Shown here: in pieces, positions 34,498 to 43,614 of the stretch | How positions within the stretch are numbered: position 1 is the first letter of the stretch | Layout: each line of letters opens with the position of its first letter | Source of the DNA: a virus | Virus genome (UHGV): UHGV-1368795 | Direction: 5' to 3' (one strand) | DNA: 49,493 bases | Made by a program: the position numbers and the translations under genes | Notes under the pieces: model-generated | Database searches by the model: none | Told to the model about the DNA's origin: nothing | The model's input: only the letters and a program-made list of their open reading frames with translations

Positions 34498-35627
34498 CCA
34501 CACAACTACCCAAAGTATCCGACGCCAACCAGTGGATGGTCTGTAACGGTTCATTCCGGGCGCAGCAGGCTTATCCGCCACTGGACGTCGAACCGTCACA
34601 ATCCCGGCTGGAGGGCCGGGCATGTCACGAAGTGGCTCAGAAGTTATTCAAAAATGAGCCATTCAGTGACCTGGTGGGCAGTCTGTCAAAGGATGGAATT
34701 GTTATCACGAATGAACTGTTTGACGCTGCCCGTGAGTATTTTAACGAGGTGTGGGGTTACTGTAACACTCACGGACGAGTGCACGACCTTCACGTTGAGG
34801 AAGTGTGTCCTGTCCCGGGTTACGGTGACTGGTTCTGTATTCCCGATGCGTGGGTGTACGTACCGGAAGTGAAGGTGTTACGCGTTTACGATGCGAAATT
34901 CGGTCACCGCATTATTGACCCGTTTGAGAACTGGCAACTGTTAATTGAAGCGTTTAGTATCTGTGAAACGCATCATCTTGATGTTGACATTATTGAACTG
35001 GTCATCGTACAGCCACGCGGATTCACCAGTGACGGTACGGTGCGTAAATGGGCGCTCACATACGATGAACTGTGCGCATACCGGCAGCAGGTGAACGAGG
35101 CGATGCCCCGCGTGCTGGACACCACGCCGATGTGTACGCCCGGACCACATTGCCTCGACTGTAGCGCACGTGCACACTGTGACACGCTGAAGCAACAAAG
35201 TTACGCTGGTGTGGACTACGTGACGTCGTTGCAGACGCACAACCTGTCCGGTCATGCCCTGGGTGTTGAATTGCGACTCCTGCAGCGTGCACAGGAGATG
35301 ATTAAAATGCGTCTCAGTGGTCTGGAGGAACAAGCACTGCACGAGATTAAACAGGGCCAACACGTGACATTTTACAGCGCTAAAACCACGTACGGTCGTA
35401 AGCGCTGGAAGAAAGATGTACCGGTGGACCAGGTGATTATGATGGGGGATTTACTCGGTCAGAATTTACGTAAGCCGCAGGAACTGGACACACCCGCACA
35501 GTGTGCGAAAAAAGGTATCGACCCGTCCGTTATTGAACAGTACGCTGAAACACCTGTCACGGGTGTCAAGCTGGAACAGGTTGATGAACGCAGTATCCGT
35601 AGTGTATTTGAACGCAATACTAACTAA
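34479..35627 (+). CDS. Cas4/RecB-like PD-(D/E)XK exonuclease with Fe-S cysteine cluster
   Basis: One N-terminal Cys plus a C-terminal C-x5-C-x2-C-x5-C cluster (CTPGPHCLDCSARAHC). Nuclease core VYDAKFG...QLLIEAF. Confidence 0.55.
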   Translation: MEQAQMTTQLPKVSDANQWMVCNGSFRAQQAYPPLDVEPSQSRLEGRACHEVAQKLFKNEPFSDLVGSLSKDGIVITNELFDAAREYFNEVWGYCNTHGRVHDLHVEEVCPVPGYGDWFCIPDAWVYVPEVKVLRVYDAKFGHRIIDPFENWQLLIEAFSICETHHLDVDIIELVIVQPRGFTSDGTVRKWALTYDELCAYRQQVNEAMPRVLDTTPMCTPGPHCLDCSARAHCDTLKQQSYAGVDYVTSLQTHNLSGHALGVELRLLQRAQEMIKMRLSGLEEQALHEIKQGQHVTFYSAKTTYGRKRWKKDVPVDQVIMMGDLLGQNLRKPQELDTPAQCAKKGIDPSVIEQYAETPVTGVKLEQVDERSIRSVFERNTN

Positions 35628-35640
35628 TGAGGTGATGAGT

Positions 35641-35904
35641 ATGGAAAATGTATGGCAATACGATAAGTTTACACGCGGAGTTGGTCCGGTTTCTCAAGAC
35701 GATGACCAATCATATGGCATGGTGTTACCAATTGCGTATGTTGAATTTGACGAAGATGAGTCTGTTCAACTTCGGAACGCAAAATTAATTGCGGCGGCTC
35801 CCCAAATGTTGAAGGCTTTACAGTTCGTTCAACCGTGGTTAACAAACTGCGACGATGAGGCGCTTCATTTAGTCGATGAAGCAATTGAAAAAGCCTTGAA
35901 ATAA
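35641..35904 (+). CDS. hypothetical protein with NAKLIAAAPQMLKALQ motif (paralog of 19351-19656)
   Basis: 88-aa ORF. Read directly from the sequence: ATG at 35641 followed by GAAAAT GTATGG. Confidence 0.45.
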   Translation: MENVWQYDKFTRGVGPVSQDDDQSYGMVLPIAYVEFDEDESVQLRNAKLIAAAPQMLKALQFVQPWLTNCDDEALHLVDEAIEKALK

Positions 35905-35907
35905 CTC

Positions 35908-35936
35908 TTGACGCACTCGTCAAACTAACGTAGTAT
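35908..35936 (+). promoter_or_regulatory. promoter TTGACGCACTCGTCAA-N-TAGTAT
   Basis: Perfect outer palindrome, 17-nt spacer. Upstream of the SSB-like gene. Confidence 0.55.
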
Positions 35937-35990
35937 TCAAATCACCGGGAGACAGAGGGTCTCCCACACTTAGCAGAGAGGATTTACAAG

Positions 35991-36803
35991 ATGGCTCAAT
36001 TTACTTTCGTTACCCCTGTTGCTCGTCTGATTCATGGTCACCCGTTGAAACAAAATGTACGCACCGATGATGTCACAAAGCAGCCCGTTATCGGTAAAGA
36101 TGGTCAGCCGGTTAAGGAAATTTATATCGGTATCGCAATTCCTAAATCTGGCGAAGCAGACTGGAAAGATACCGAATGGGGTAAACAAATCGTAATGGCG
36201 GCACTGGACGCTGAAAACGGTTATGACGCCGGCACTACTCGTCGCGCGGACTTCTCGTGGAAGGTGGTTGACGGTGATAGCGACATCCCGAACAAAGCCG
36301 GTCACGCGCCGAACAGCGACCCGCACAAACGCGGTCATTGGGTGCTGAACCTGAACACCCGCATTCCGTACAACTGCTATCACGTCGGTAAATATAATCC
36401 GCTCGATGCGATTCAGGACGTAAATGCTATTAAACTTGGCGATTATGTTCGAGTGAATATCGTGGCGAAGGGTAATAAGCCGTCAAAAACTCCGGGCGTA
36501 TATCTGAACCCGAACCTGCTTGAACTGTCACGTCAGGGTGAAGCGATTGTTCGTGAAGGCAGCGGTCCGGACGCAGCAAGTGTATTCGGTGGTGGCGCAC
36601 CTGCTCAGGTAGCACCAACCCCGGCTCCAGCTGCTCCGGCACCTGCAACACCGCCGCCAGCAACTGACCTGCTGGTAACACCTCCGCCGGTTGTTGAAGA
36701 GAAGTACAGCTACAACGGCGCGGTGTATACCAAAGCACAGTTGCTCGGTATGCCCGGCTGGAGCGAAGAGTTAATCGCACAACACTGTCAGAAAGTAGCA
36801 TAA
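35991..36803 (+). CDS. putative ssDNA-binding protein (phage SSB-like, DUF2815-like)
   Basis: 270 aa with a Pro/Ala-rich linker and an acidic-aromatic tail. It has its own promoter and terminator, consistent with high expression. Positioned beside the replication genes. Confidence 0.4.
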   Translation: MAQFTFVTPVARLIHGHPLKQNVRTDDVTKQPVIGKDGQPVKEIYIGIAIPKSGEADWKDTEWGKQIVMAALDAENGYDAGTTRRADFSWKVVDGDSDIPNKAGHAPNSDPHKRGHWVLNLNTRIPYNCYHVGKYNPLDAIQDVNAIKLGDYVRVNIVAKGNKPSKTPGVYLNPNLLELSRQGEAIVREGSGPDAASVFGGGAPAQVAPTPAPAAPAPATPPPATDLLVTPPPVVEEKYSYNGAVYTKAQLLGMPGWSEELIAQHCQKVA

Positions 36804-36809
36804 CCACAA

Positions 36810-36836
36810 CGCCCCGGTGCGAGCCGGGGTTTATCT
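36810..36836 (+). terminator. rho-independent terminator (CCCCGG-TGCGAG-CCGGGG-TTTATCT)
   Basis: GC hairpin with a T-rich tail after the SSB-like gene. Confidence 0.6.
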
Positions 36837-36851
36837 GGAGGACACAGAGTT

Positions 36852-37040
36852 ATGAGTATTGCAAAAATTGAAATTGTCGGCAATTTAGCTCTATTCGAAA
36901 CTGAATCTTACGTTATTGAAATCGTGGGTGAATTGCACAACATAACGGTGAGAGTACCGGATGAGGGAGGTTATGTTAAAGCTAAAGCTGAATATATCAT
37001 CCCTCACCTGTTGTCTATTATTGCGGAGTTATCGTCATGA
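36852..37040 (+). CDS. hypothetical small protein
   Basis: 62 aa. Two more ORFs of about 40 aa (37038-37169 and 37205-37323) follow before the polymerase gene. Confidence 0.35.
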   Translation: MSIAKIEIVGNLALFETESYVIEIVGELHNITVRVPDEGGYVKAKAEYIIPHLLSIIAELSS

Positions 37041-37323
37041 CTGACCAAGACCAACGACTGAAACAGTTTGATGAAAAGTTAGCTGAACTGGAAAAGGCTA
37101 TTAAACAGGTGCAGGAGCAACGCCGGGAATACATTAACCAGAGAGGGCTTAACAAATATTCAAAGTAGGCGACCTGGTAGTTCTTAAAAGTGGCGGACCA
37201 GTGATGGTGGTTATCAGCACATCAACCATCGGCGTAGAATGTCAGTTCTACAATGAGAAACGTGGTGAATATGACTCAATTGTCATCATACACGAAGCGC
37301 TGGAACCATTTTTAGCCCCTTAA

Positions 37324-39522
37324 ATGGGGCTTTTCTTACAGAGAGGAACAGAGATGCACTATTTATCAAAATGCGAGGATGCAACTTGCGACAAAACATA
37401 TCCCGCTGACCTCCACAATTGCCCTCACTGTGGGGCTGATTCGGCGTTCTCCAGCGTTGCGCCTCTGGACCCTAAGTGGTGGCCTTACGACATTGAAACG
37501 TACCCAAACATTTTTACTTGTACGTTCATTCATGCTGCGACTGGCATGGAACTGGTGTATGAAATCAGTGACCGTAAAAACCAACAGCAGGAAATGGTTG
37601 ACTTCATGTTCAACCTGGGAAAATCCGGCGCATGGGGTGTGGGATTTAACAACATGTCATTCGATTACCCTGTGCTGCATTTCATCGCACACAACCCCGG
37701 CTGCACAGTGAAGGATATTTACGACTGCTCACAACGAACCATTAAGGCGAGCAACGTTAATCGTTGGTCTATGATGGTGTGGGACCGTGACCAGATATTT
37801 CCACAGTTGGATTTGCTGTTGCTCAATCATTTCGACAACAAGGCACGCATGACAAGCCTGAAAGCGCTTGAAGTTGCGATGAAGTCACCAAACGTGAAAG
37901 ACCTTCCTTTTCCTGTTGGAATGGCTCTGAACGATGCCCAGAAAGATGAATTAATCACGTATAATATTCATGACGTGCGTGAAACGACGAAATTTATGAT
38001 GCGCTGTCTGTCGGCTATTCAGTTTCGTGAGGAATTGTGCCAGACACACGGTCGCAACTTTATGAACCATAACGACACGAAAATCGGTAAAGATTATTTC
38101 GTTATGGAACTGGAGAAAAACGGCATCCAGTGTTTCAACCGTGATGATAAGGGTCGAAAGCTCGGACCACAGCAAACCCCACGTGAAAGCATTTGTTTCG
38201 CAGATGTGATTTTTCCATACATCAAATTTGAGCGCCCGGAATTTAACGAGATTTTGAAGCGCTTCCAGTCGAAAACCATTTACAAAAAAGAACTCGACGA
38301 ACTGGAAAAAGCAGAAGGAAAGAAGGATAAACTGGTAACAAAAGGTGTGTTTAGTGACCTCGAATGTACCATTGACGGTTATACCTTTGTCTTTGGTGTG
38401 GGTGGTATCCACGGGTCAGTAGAGTCGCAGATTGTTGAGACGAGTGACACACATCAACTCGTCGATATCGATGTTTCAAGCATGTACCCCAGCATAGCAA
38501 TTGCAAACCGTATTTACCCGGAACATCTGGGGGAGAAGTTTTGCGACATCAACGAGTATTTTTTCAATGAGCGAATGCGCGTCGGTAAGAAAACTACACC
38601 GGGCGCAGTGTACAAGCTCTCAATGAATGGTGTGTACGGCGACAGTAACAACGCGTTTGGGCCGTTTTATGACCCTAAATACACGATGACTGTCACTGTC
38701 AACGGTCAGTTAATGCTGGCGATGCTGTGTGAACGCCTGCTTACAGTCCCGGGTCTTACCATTGTGCAATCCAACACAGATGGAGTCACGATGCTTTGCC
38801 CACACGTTGAGCTGAGCCGAATGCGCACACTGTGTAAACAGTGGGAAGCAATCACCAAACTGGAACTTGAAGAAGTATTTTACAAGCGTATGCCAATCCG
38901 CGACGTCAACAATTACTTAGCTCTCGATAATAAAGGAAATGTAAAACGCAAGGGAGCTTACGAGTACAACTATGGCTGGCATCAAGACCCATCCGCAACA
39001 ATCGTGGGTAAAGCTGCTGAGGCTGCACTTTTGTTTGACACCGATATCCGCACATTCATCACGCAGCATCGTGACCCATTTGACTTCATGCTGCGTGCCA
39101 AAGTGCCTCGCTCTGCACGTTTGGTGATGCGTTGGCCGGAATGGGGCGCTGAACGAGAGATGCAGAATACCACACGTGTGTTTATCTCGCGCAATGGTGG
39201 GTCACTGGTCAAGCTGTTACCGCCAACGGGTGTACCGGGTACATGGAAGCGCAAGAATGGCATCAAGGATGACGCATACAACGCGGTAATGCGTGAGATT
39301 ACTGGCCAACCGGGAGAACTCGATAGTATCGGTACACCGTGGGACGAGCGTATCCACACGAAGAGTCGCAGCAAGCACGATGCAGTACGTGAAACCGGGA
39401 TGTATGTCGGGTGGAAGGTGACAGAGTGTGCAGATGCTAAGGACTTCGACTGGGGGAGTCTGGACTACGAGTATTATGTGAAGGAAGCGGAAAAGTTAGT
39501 TTTACCGTTGTTGGGTAAGTAG
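37324..39522 (+). CDS. family-B DNA polymerase with 3'-5' exonuclease domain
   Basis: Exo I is DIETYPNIF, Exo II is FNNMSFDYPVL and Exo III is YNIHD. Pol motif A is DVSSMYPSIAI, motif B is KLSMNGVYGD and motif C is SNTDGV. An alternative start ATG 37354 has a stronger RBS (AGAGGAACAGAG). Confidence 0.75.
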   Translation: MGLFLQRGTEMHYLSKCEDATCDKTYPADLHNCPHCGADSAFSSVAPLDPKWWPYDIETYPNIFTCTFIHAATGMELVYEISDRKNQQQEMVDFMFNLGKSGAWGVGFNNMSFDYPVLHFIAHNPGCTVKDIYDCSQRTIKASNVNRWSMMVWDRDQIFPQLDLLLLNHFDNKARMTSLKALEVAMKSPNVKDLPFPVGMALNDAQKDELITYNIHDVRETTKFMMRCLSAIQFREELCQTHGRNFMNHNDTKIGKDYFVMELEKNGIQCFNRDDKGRKLGPQQTPRESICFADVIFPYIKFERPEFNEILKRFQSKTIYKKELDELEKAEGKKDKLVTKGVFSDLECTIDGYTFVFGVGGIHGSVESQIVETSDTHQLVDIDVSSMYPSIAIANRIYPEHLGEKFCDINEYFFNERMRVGKKTTPGAVYKLSMNGVYGDSNNAFGPFYDPKYTMTVTVNGQLMLAMLCERLLTVPGLTIVQSNTDGVTMLCPHVELSRMRTLCKQWEAITKLELEEVFYKRMPIRDVNNYLALDNKGNVKRKGAYEYNYGWHQDPSATIVGKAAEAALLFDTDIRTFITQHRDPFDFMLRAKVPRSARLVMRWPEWGAEREMQNTTRVFISRNGGSLVKLLPPTGVPGTWKRKNGIKDDAYNAVMREITGQPGELDSIGTPWDERIHTKSRSKHDAVRETGMYVGWKVTECADAKDFDWGSLDYEYYVKEAEKLVLPLLGK

Positions 39523-39534
39523 AATACCGGCGCA

Positions 39535-39816
39535 TCACTGCGCCGGATTTGATACACGCCGACGCAATTCATCAAGTTCAAGCTGTGCTCGTTCAGCCTC
39601 CAGACGAGCAATAATTTCCTTCTCCTTACGCTCGGCGGACTCATTACGAATTCGCCGTATGTGACCGTAAATCATAATGATGGTCAACAGAATACCACAC
39701 AGGGTGGCAAAGATACCAATGGTCTCCGGAGTGACGCCATACTTAGTCATCAACCCCGTCACCGTCGTCCCGCTTGCCACCACTGTTCCGGCTTGTGTGT
39801 TTCCGGTGAAGCTCAT
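39535..39816 (-). CDS. putative holin-like single-TM membrane protein
   Basis: One TM (IGIFATLCGILLTIIMIYG) followed by a highly charged C-terminus. It is adjacent to the lysis cassette but on the opposite strand. The track start is a TTG at 39846; the ATG at 39816 is preferred. Confidence 0.35.
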   Translation of the reverse strand: MSFTGNTQAGTVVASGTTVTGLMTKYGVTPETIGIFATLCGILLTIIMIYGHIRRIRNESAERKEKEIIARLEAERAQLELDELRRRVSNPAQ

Positions 39817-39842
39817 AGTATTTTCTCGCTTTGATGTACCAC

Positions 39843-40253
39843 TCAACGACCTGCGCCAGCATAAGGATGATGACCAGAGTTGTCGATATGAACCGCAATA
39901 CCTCCAGCATCGTCACTATCCTTTTTCAGTATCGTGAGGATTGCCGCGCAGTATAACATCGTGAACATTGCCACATAGACGTCGAGTGGTTGATAGAAAA
40001 ACCACAGGAGCCAGCCTACCAGATTAATCGACATGGAAACAATGCTGATGAGCATCATATCGAGAGACTTTCGGGATGTTCCGAACCGGTACAGAATACC
40101 GACTACGATGAAATCACAAAATGCGGCGAGGAAAAAATAAATCGAACCATCCAGATTGCCACACAACTCCTGGAAAAGAGTTGCCACCATCACGAAGAGG
40201 AACGAGGCTCTCCGGGGTCTGGCGATTACTGAGGCAATCAGGAAGGTGTACAT
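39843..40253 (-). CDS. four-TM membrane protein (holin/antiholin candidate)
   Basis: Four hydrophobic helices. Divergent from the SAR endolysin gene. Confidence 0.35.
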   Translation of the reverse strand: MYTFLIASVIARPRRASFLFVMVATLFQELCGNLDGSIYFFLAAFCDFIVVGILYRFGTSRKSLDMMLISIVSMSINLVGWLLWFFYQPLDVYVAMFTMLYCAAILTILKKDSDDAGGIAVHIDNSGHHPYAGAGR

Positions 40254-40421
40254 TGTTTATTTGGTCCGGCGTTTTACTTTGGCACCGCCCGCATCACCGG
40301 TTTTACCGCGGGGCTTAACACATGCTCCACCAGCGTCACCTGCCTTACGTGGTTTAGTCTTGTACATTTTATCGCCCTTGTATGTTAGGATTAAACCTAA
40401 TTGTACAGCAGGTGTTACCGA

Positions 40422-40979
40422 ATGAAAAATCCTTTAAGTAAACAAATGACCGCCCTTCTCACCGCATTTGCAATGGGTGGTACGGGTACTGCGGTAGTCA
40501 CGCAGACGGACATCCTCAATCAGTTCCTGAACGAGAAGGAAGGGAACAGACTGACAGCCTATCTGGATAGTGCAAACCCTCCCATCTGGACCATCTGCCG
40601 GGGTGTGACGCGCATCGATGGTAAGCCAGTGACAAAGGGTATGCGGCTTACTGAAAAGCAATGCGACCTTCTGAACGATAAGGAAGCACAGAAGTCACTC
40701 AAATGGGTACGTGACAACATCCCGGTAAAACTGAACCCGGTGCAACAGGTCGGCATTGCATCGTTCTGCCCGTACAACATTGGACCTACCAAATGTAAGG
40801 GGTCGACATTCTTCAAATTGCTGCAAAAAGGCGACTGGAAGAACGCGTGCAAACAGATTCCCAAATGGGTGTTTGACGGTGGTAAAGACTGCCGCATCAA
40901 AAGCAACAACTGTTCCGGACAGCCAATTCGCCGGGAGCAGGAAGAGTATTTATGCCTGTATACACTGGGGGAGAAATGA
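40422..40979 (+). CDS. SAR endolysin (GH24 phage lysozyme with N-terminal signal-anchor-release domain)
   Basis: The N-terminal MTALLTAFAMGGTGTAVV is a SAR-type Gly/Ala-rich weak TM. EGNRLTAYLD...TICRGVT is the T4/P1-lysozyme E-D-T catalytic triad region. Confidence 0.7.
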   Translation: MKNPLSKQMTALLTAFAMGGTGTAVVTQTDILNQFLNEKEGNRLTAYLDSANPPIWTICRGVTRIDGKPVTKGMRLTEKQCDLLNDKEAQKSLKWVRDNIPVKLNPVQQVGIASFCPYNIGPTKCKGSTFFKLLQKGDWKNACKQIPKWVFDGGKDCRIKSNNCSGQPIRREQEEYLCLYTLGEK

Positions 40980-41302
40980 TGCGTAACGTGATACTCGCCG
41001 GGGTAATCGGTAGTATAATGGTTGCAGTGTACGCTATGGGTTATTTTTCGGGTAAAAATGCGGTCAAGCTGGACGATTTCAAGGAATATAAGGCGGCCGT
41101 CGAAGCCCGTGACGCACTGCAGGAAAAACTGAATGCTTCCGATGTGGAATTGCAGAAAAAGCAACAGGAACTGAAAGAAGCCCGGGCAAAAAAAGTCGTT
41201 GAGAAAGTCACTATTTACCGCGACCGAATCAAAGACTCCGCTACCGCTCAGTGCGTCAAAGAGAGCGGCATCCTCGACCTGTATGATGCGACCGTAAAAT
41301 GA
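40976..41302 (+). CDS. i-spanin (Rz-like)
   Basis: N-terminal TM followed by a periplasmic coiled-coil. ATGA overlap with the endolysin stop. Confidence 0.6.
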   Translation: MMRNVILAGVIGSIMVAVYAMGYFSGKNAVKLDDFKEYKAAVEARDALQEKLNASDVELQKKQQELKEARAKKVVEKVTIYRDRIKDSATAQCVKESGILDLYDATVK

Positions 41303-41535
41303 AAAAACTTATCCTGCTGGTATCTGTACTTGCTTTAACCGCCTGTGCTCAGGAAGTGCGCAAGTGTCCGCCGCCATCTAATGACCTGCTTACGCCGAGT
41401 GGTGAATTGTGGACAACCGATGGTGACCCCGAACGAGCTGCCACAGTAATTCCACATAACGGGGAAGTTCTGATGGCCGACCGGGACAGAGTGTCCCGGT
41501 GGCAAAACTGGTGGGAAGGTTGTAAAACCTTATGA
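41299..41535 (+). CDS. o-spanin (Rz1-like lipoprotein)
   Basis: Signal peptide with the lipobox LTAC, a Pro-rich mature part and a C-terminal Cys. ATGA overlap with the i-spanin. This is a separated two-component spanin. Confidence 0.65.
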   Translation: MKKLILLVSVLALTACAQEVRKCPPPSNDLLTPSGELWTTDGDPERAATVIPHNGEVLMADRDRVSRWQNWWEGCKTL

Positions 41536-42429
41536 ATACTCCCTCACGATTACGAGACCTGCCGCACCACTACCACCCATCTTAGTACCGGTCGCGGCAT
41601 TACCTGCCGCACCACTACCACCAGCACCGCGGCTAACGGCGGGGTCACCCTGAGCGGCAGTTATACCAGCGGGATTACCACCTCCCCCAAAGAACGAAGC
41701 GCCACCAGCACCGCCCAGTGCATCGCCGCTTTCGTTGAAACAGAAACCCCATGAACCGGCACCACCCGTCGCAACATTTATCAGTGTCATGCTGGCACCA
41801 ACAGTATATACTTTGGAGCCAGGGCCGGGTGTACCGCTAACAACCGCATCGGACGTAGACGGGCGCGATGTAATTTTCCCCGATGTACCACCGCCGACAC
41901 TAATGAGACTGCCGAAAGAGGTAGTACCGCCGGAATTGCCATCTGCATTTAATCCTCCCGTACCGCCATTACCGATGGTTACTGTTGCGGATGATGGTAC
42001 AGATCGGGTAGATGCCATCACGTAGCAACCCGCACCACCACCACCACCAGCTGACATAACATTAGTACTACCGCCACCACCGCCACCACCGCCAACAGCT
42101 TCTACGATGATGAAGTTGGTCCCCGGTGTAGGAGTATATGACCCACTTGAGGAAAATCGCTGTATATTTAGTAATCTACCCGGTGTTGCTGCCATTAACG
42201 CATCATACAACTGACTAGCTGACCCTGTGTCAATTACACCGTTCGGCGTAACCCCCGCCACGTTGAGAATACGTGCGAAAAAACCATCCCAGTCATTAGC
42301 CCAGTCTGCTTCAAAGTAAGAACCATCTTGTGCTGTTGGTGATGTGCGGTTTTTAAATGCGCCCTGGGGTGATGCACTTGTGGGATTCTCAAACCGCCCT
42401 GGATAGCGATTACTGCGGTCTAAAGCCAT
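41530..42429 (-). CDS. glycine-rich tail fibre protein
   Basis: 299 aa with poly-Gly tracts (GGGGGGG) typical of phage fibre Gly-rich domains. Last gene of the tail operon. Confidence 0.5.
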   Translation of the reverse strand: MALDRSNRYPGRFENPTSASPQGAFKNRTSPTAQDGSYFEADWANDWDGFFARILNVAGVTPNGVIDTGSASQLYDALMAATPGRLLNIQRFSSSGSYTPTPGTNFIIVEAVGGGGGGGGSTNVMSAGGGGGAGCYVMASTRSVPSSATVTIGNGGTGGLNADGNSGGTTSFGSLISVGGGTSGKITSRPSTSDAVVSGTPGPGSKVYTVGASMTLINVATGGAGSWGFCFNESGDALGGAGGASFFGGGGNPAGITAAQGDPAVSRGAGGSGAAGNAATGTKMGGSGAAGLVIVREYS

Positions 42430-42432
42430 TAT

Positions 42433-43146
42433 TTAAACTCCTATAAATCCGGTCGCTTGTGCCAATGAGTCACCAAACTGAGTTGATGAATCACCTGCCT
42501 GTACATAATTGTAAGCCTCAAGGAAACCATTGAATTTTACACCCTGTGGTTTCGGAACGAAAGAGGCATTTAGGAGTGCCCATCGTTCAAGCTCTGTGAT
42601 TTGCCCGTAGAATTCCACGGAGAAACTCATGTCCTCACCATCAACCAGACGGGTAACCTGTGCGTTGGGTAACAGGAAGTTCATCCCGGCGATAATGTCT
42701 TCAATGGTCGCGTATGAGTTGTTTTTAAGAATTTTAGATTTAATTGCCAGACGATACAACTTGTCCGACATTGTCATCGACTGGTCAACAGATGGCGCAC
42801 TGCACATCGCAGAGGTGTCACCGAATTCGGCTGGGTCATTGACATCGCTGGCGCACATCGCCGTTTCCATCGTGACTTCACCCATAAAATCCCGGGGTAC
42901 CACCACAATGCGCCCGATAACGTCAAGTTGAGCACCTTGTGCATAATCGATCGAATACATGATTCGGACAGCTGTGGCCACGTCTGCAATCTGTGCGGCC
43001 AGTCTGCGTGTGATGTTATACCACGCGGCAGCCTTTGGCTTGTTACGATACTGAGCATAGATGCGATTCGGAGCATCTGACTCAATTGCGACGTAGCCGC
43101 CGACAATTGTCAACGGTACGAAGTAGGATGTGGAGAAGAAGTTCAT
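42433..43146 (-). CDS. tail fibre/baseplate-associated protein (hypothetical)
   Basis: 237-aa ORF upstream of the Gly-rich fibre gene. Confidence 0.4.
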   Translation of the reverse strand: MNFFSTSYFVPLTIVGGYVAIESDAPNRIYAQYRNKPKAAAWYNITRRLAAQIADVATAVRIMYSIDYAQGAQLDVIGRIVVVPRDFMGEVTMETAMCASDVNDPAEFGDTSAMCSAPSVDQSMTMSDKLYRLAIKSKILKNNSYATIEDIIAGMNFLLPNAQVTRLVDGEDMSFSVEFYGQITELERWALLNASFVPKPQGVKFNGFLEAYNYVQAGDSSTQFGDSLAQATGFIGV

Positions 43147-43614
43147 CAGTGTTCACATGATTCACGGGAAACTATACCGATAATACCCCGTGAACCTCTC
43201 ATTAGTCAATTTAACTACAGGTTTGTCGCGTTCGCATCCGGTTTTGTGTCTTTTCGTGTCGTTTGAATACATCCCTGTCTTTATCGTGCATTCCTGTCAC
43301 GCCACAAATACGACACACCCGTCACGCGAATTCTTCCAGGATCAGGATTCCATCCGAGCCATCACTTGAGATACCAAAATCTGCGAGCAGATATCCAGCA
43401 CAACGTAACCGCCATCCCTTTCGAAAACGCGGGTGTTAGGACCGACATCGCTGTTCCGTGTAGTCCGTCGCCGGTGATGGAAAGCCCATTACAGAACCCT
43501 TCCCATTTTGGCCATCATCCACAGGCGTTTTTCTCTATGGTCGTTGGTTTTGTCTATGGTTTCAGTTCAATAGAGGTTGCGCCTGTCAATTTTTCAGACC
43601 GGCGCAAGTGGGTA

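Noticed and set aside
37324-37353. First 10 codons of the polymerase ORF (MGLFLQRGTE)
   Set aside because: Kept within the feature. ATG 37354 has a much better RBS and is the more likely initiation codon. The call is uncertain and is noted in the feature.
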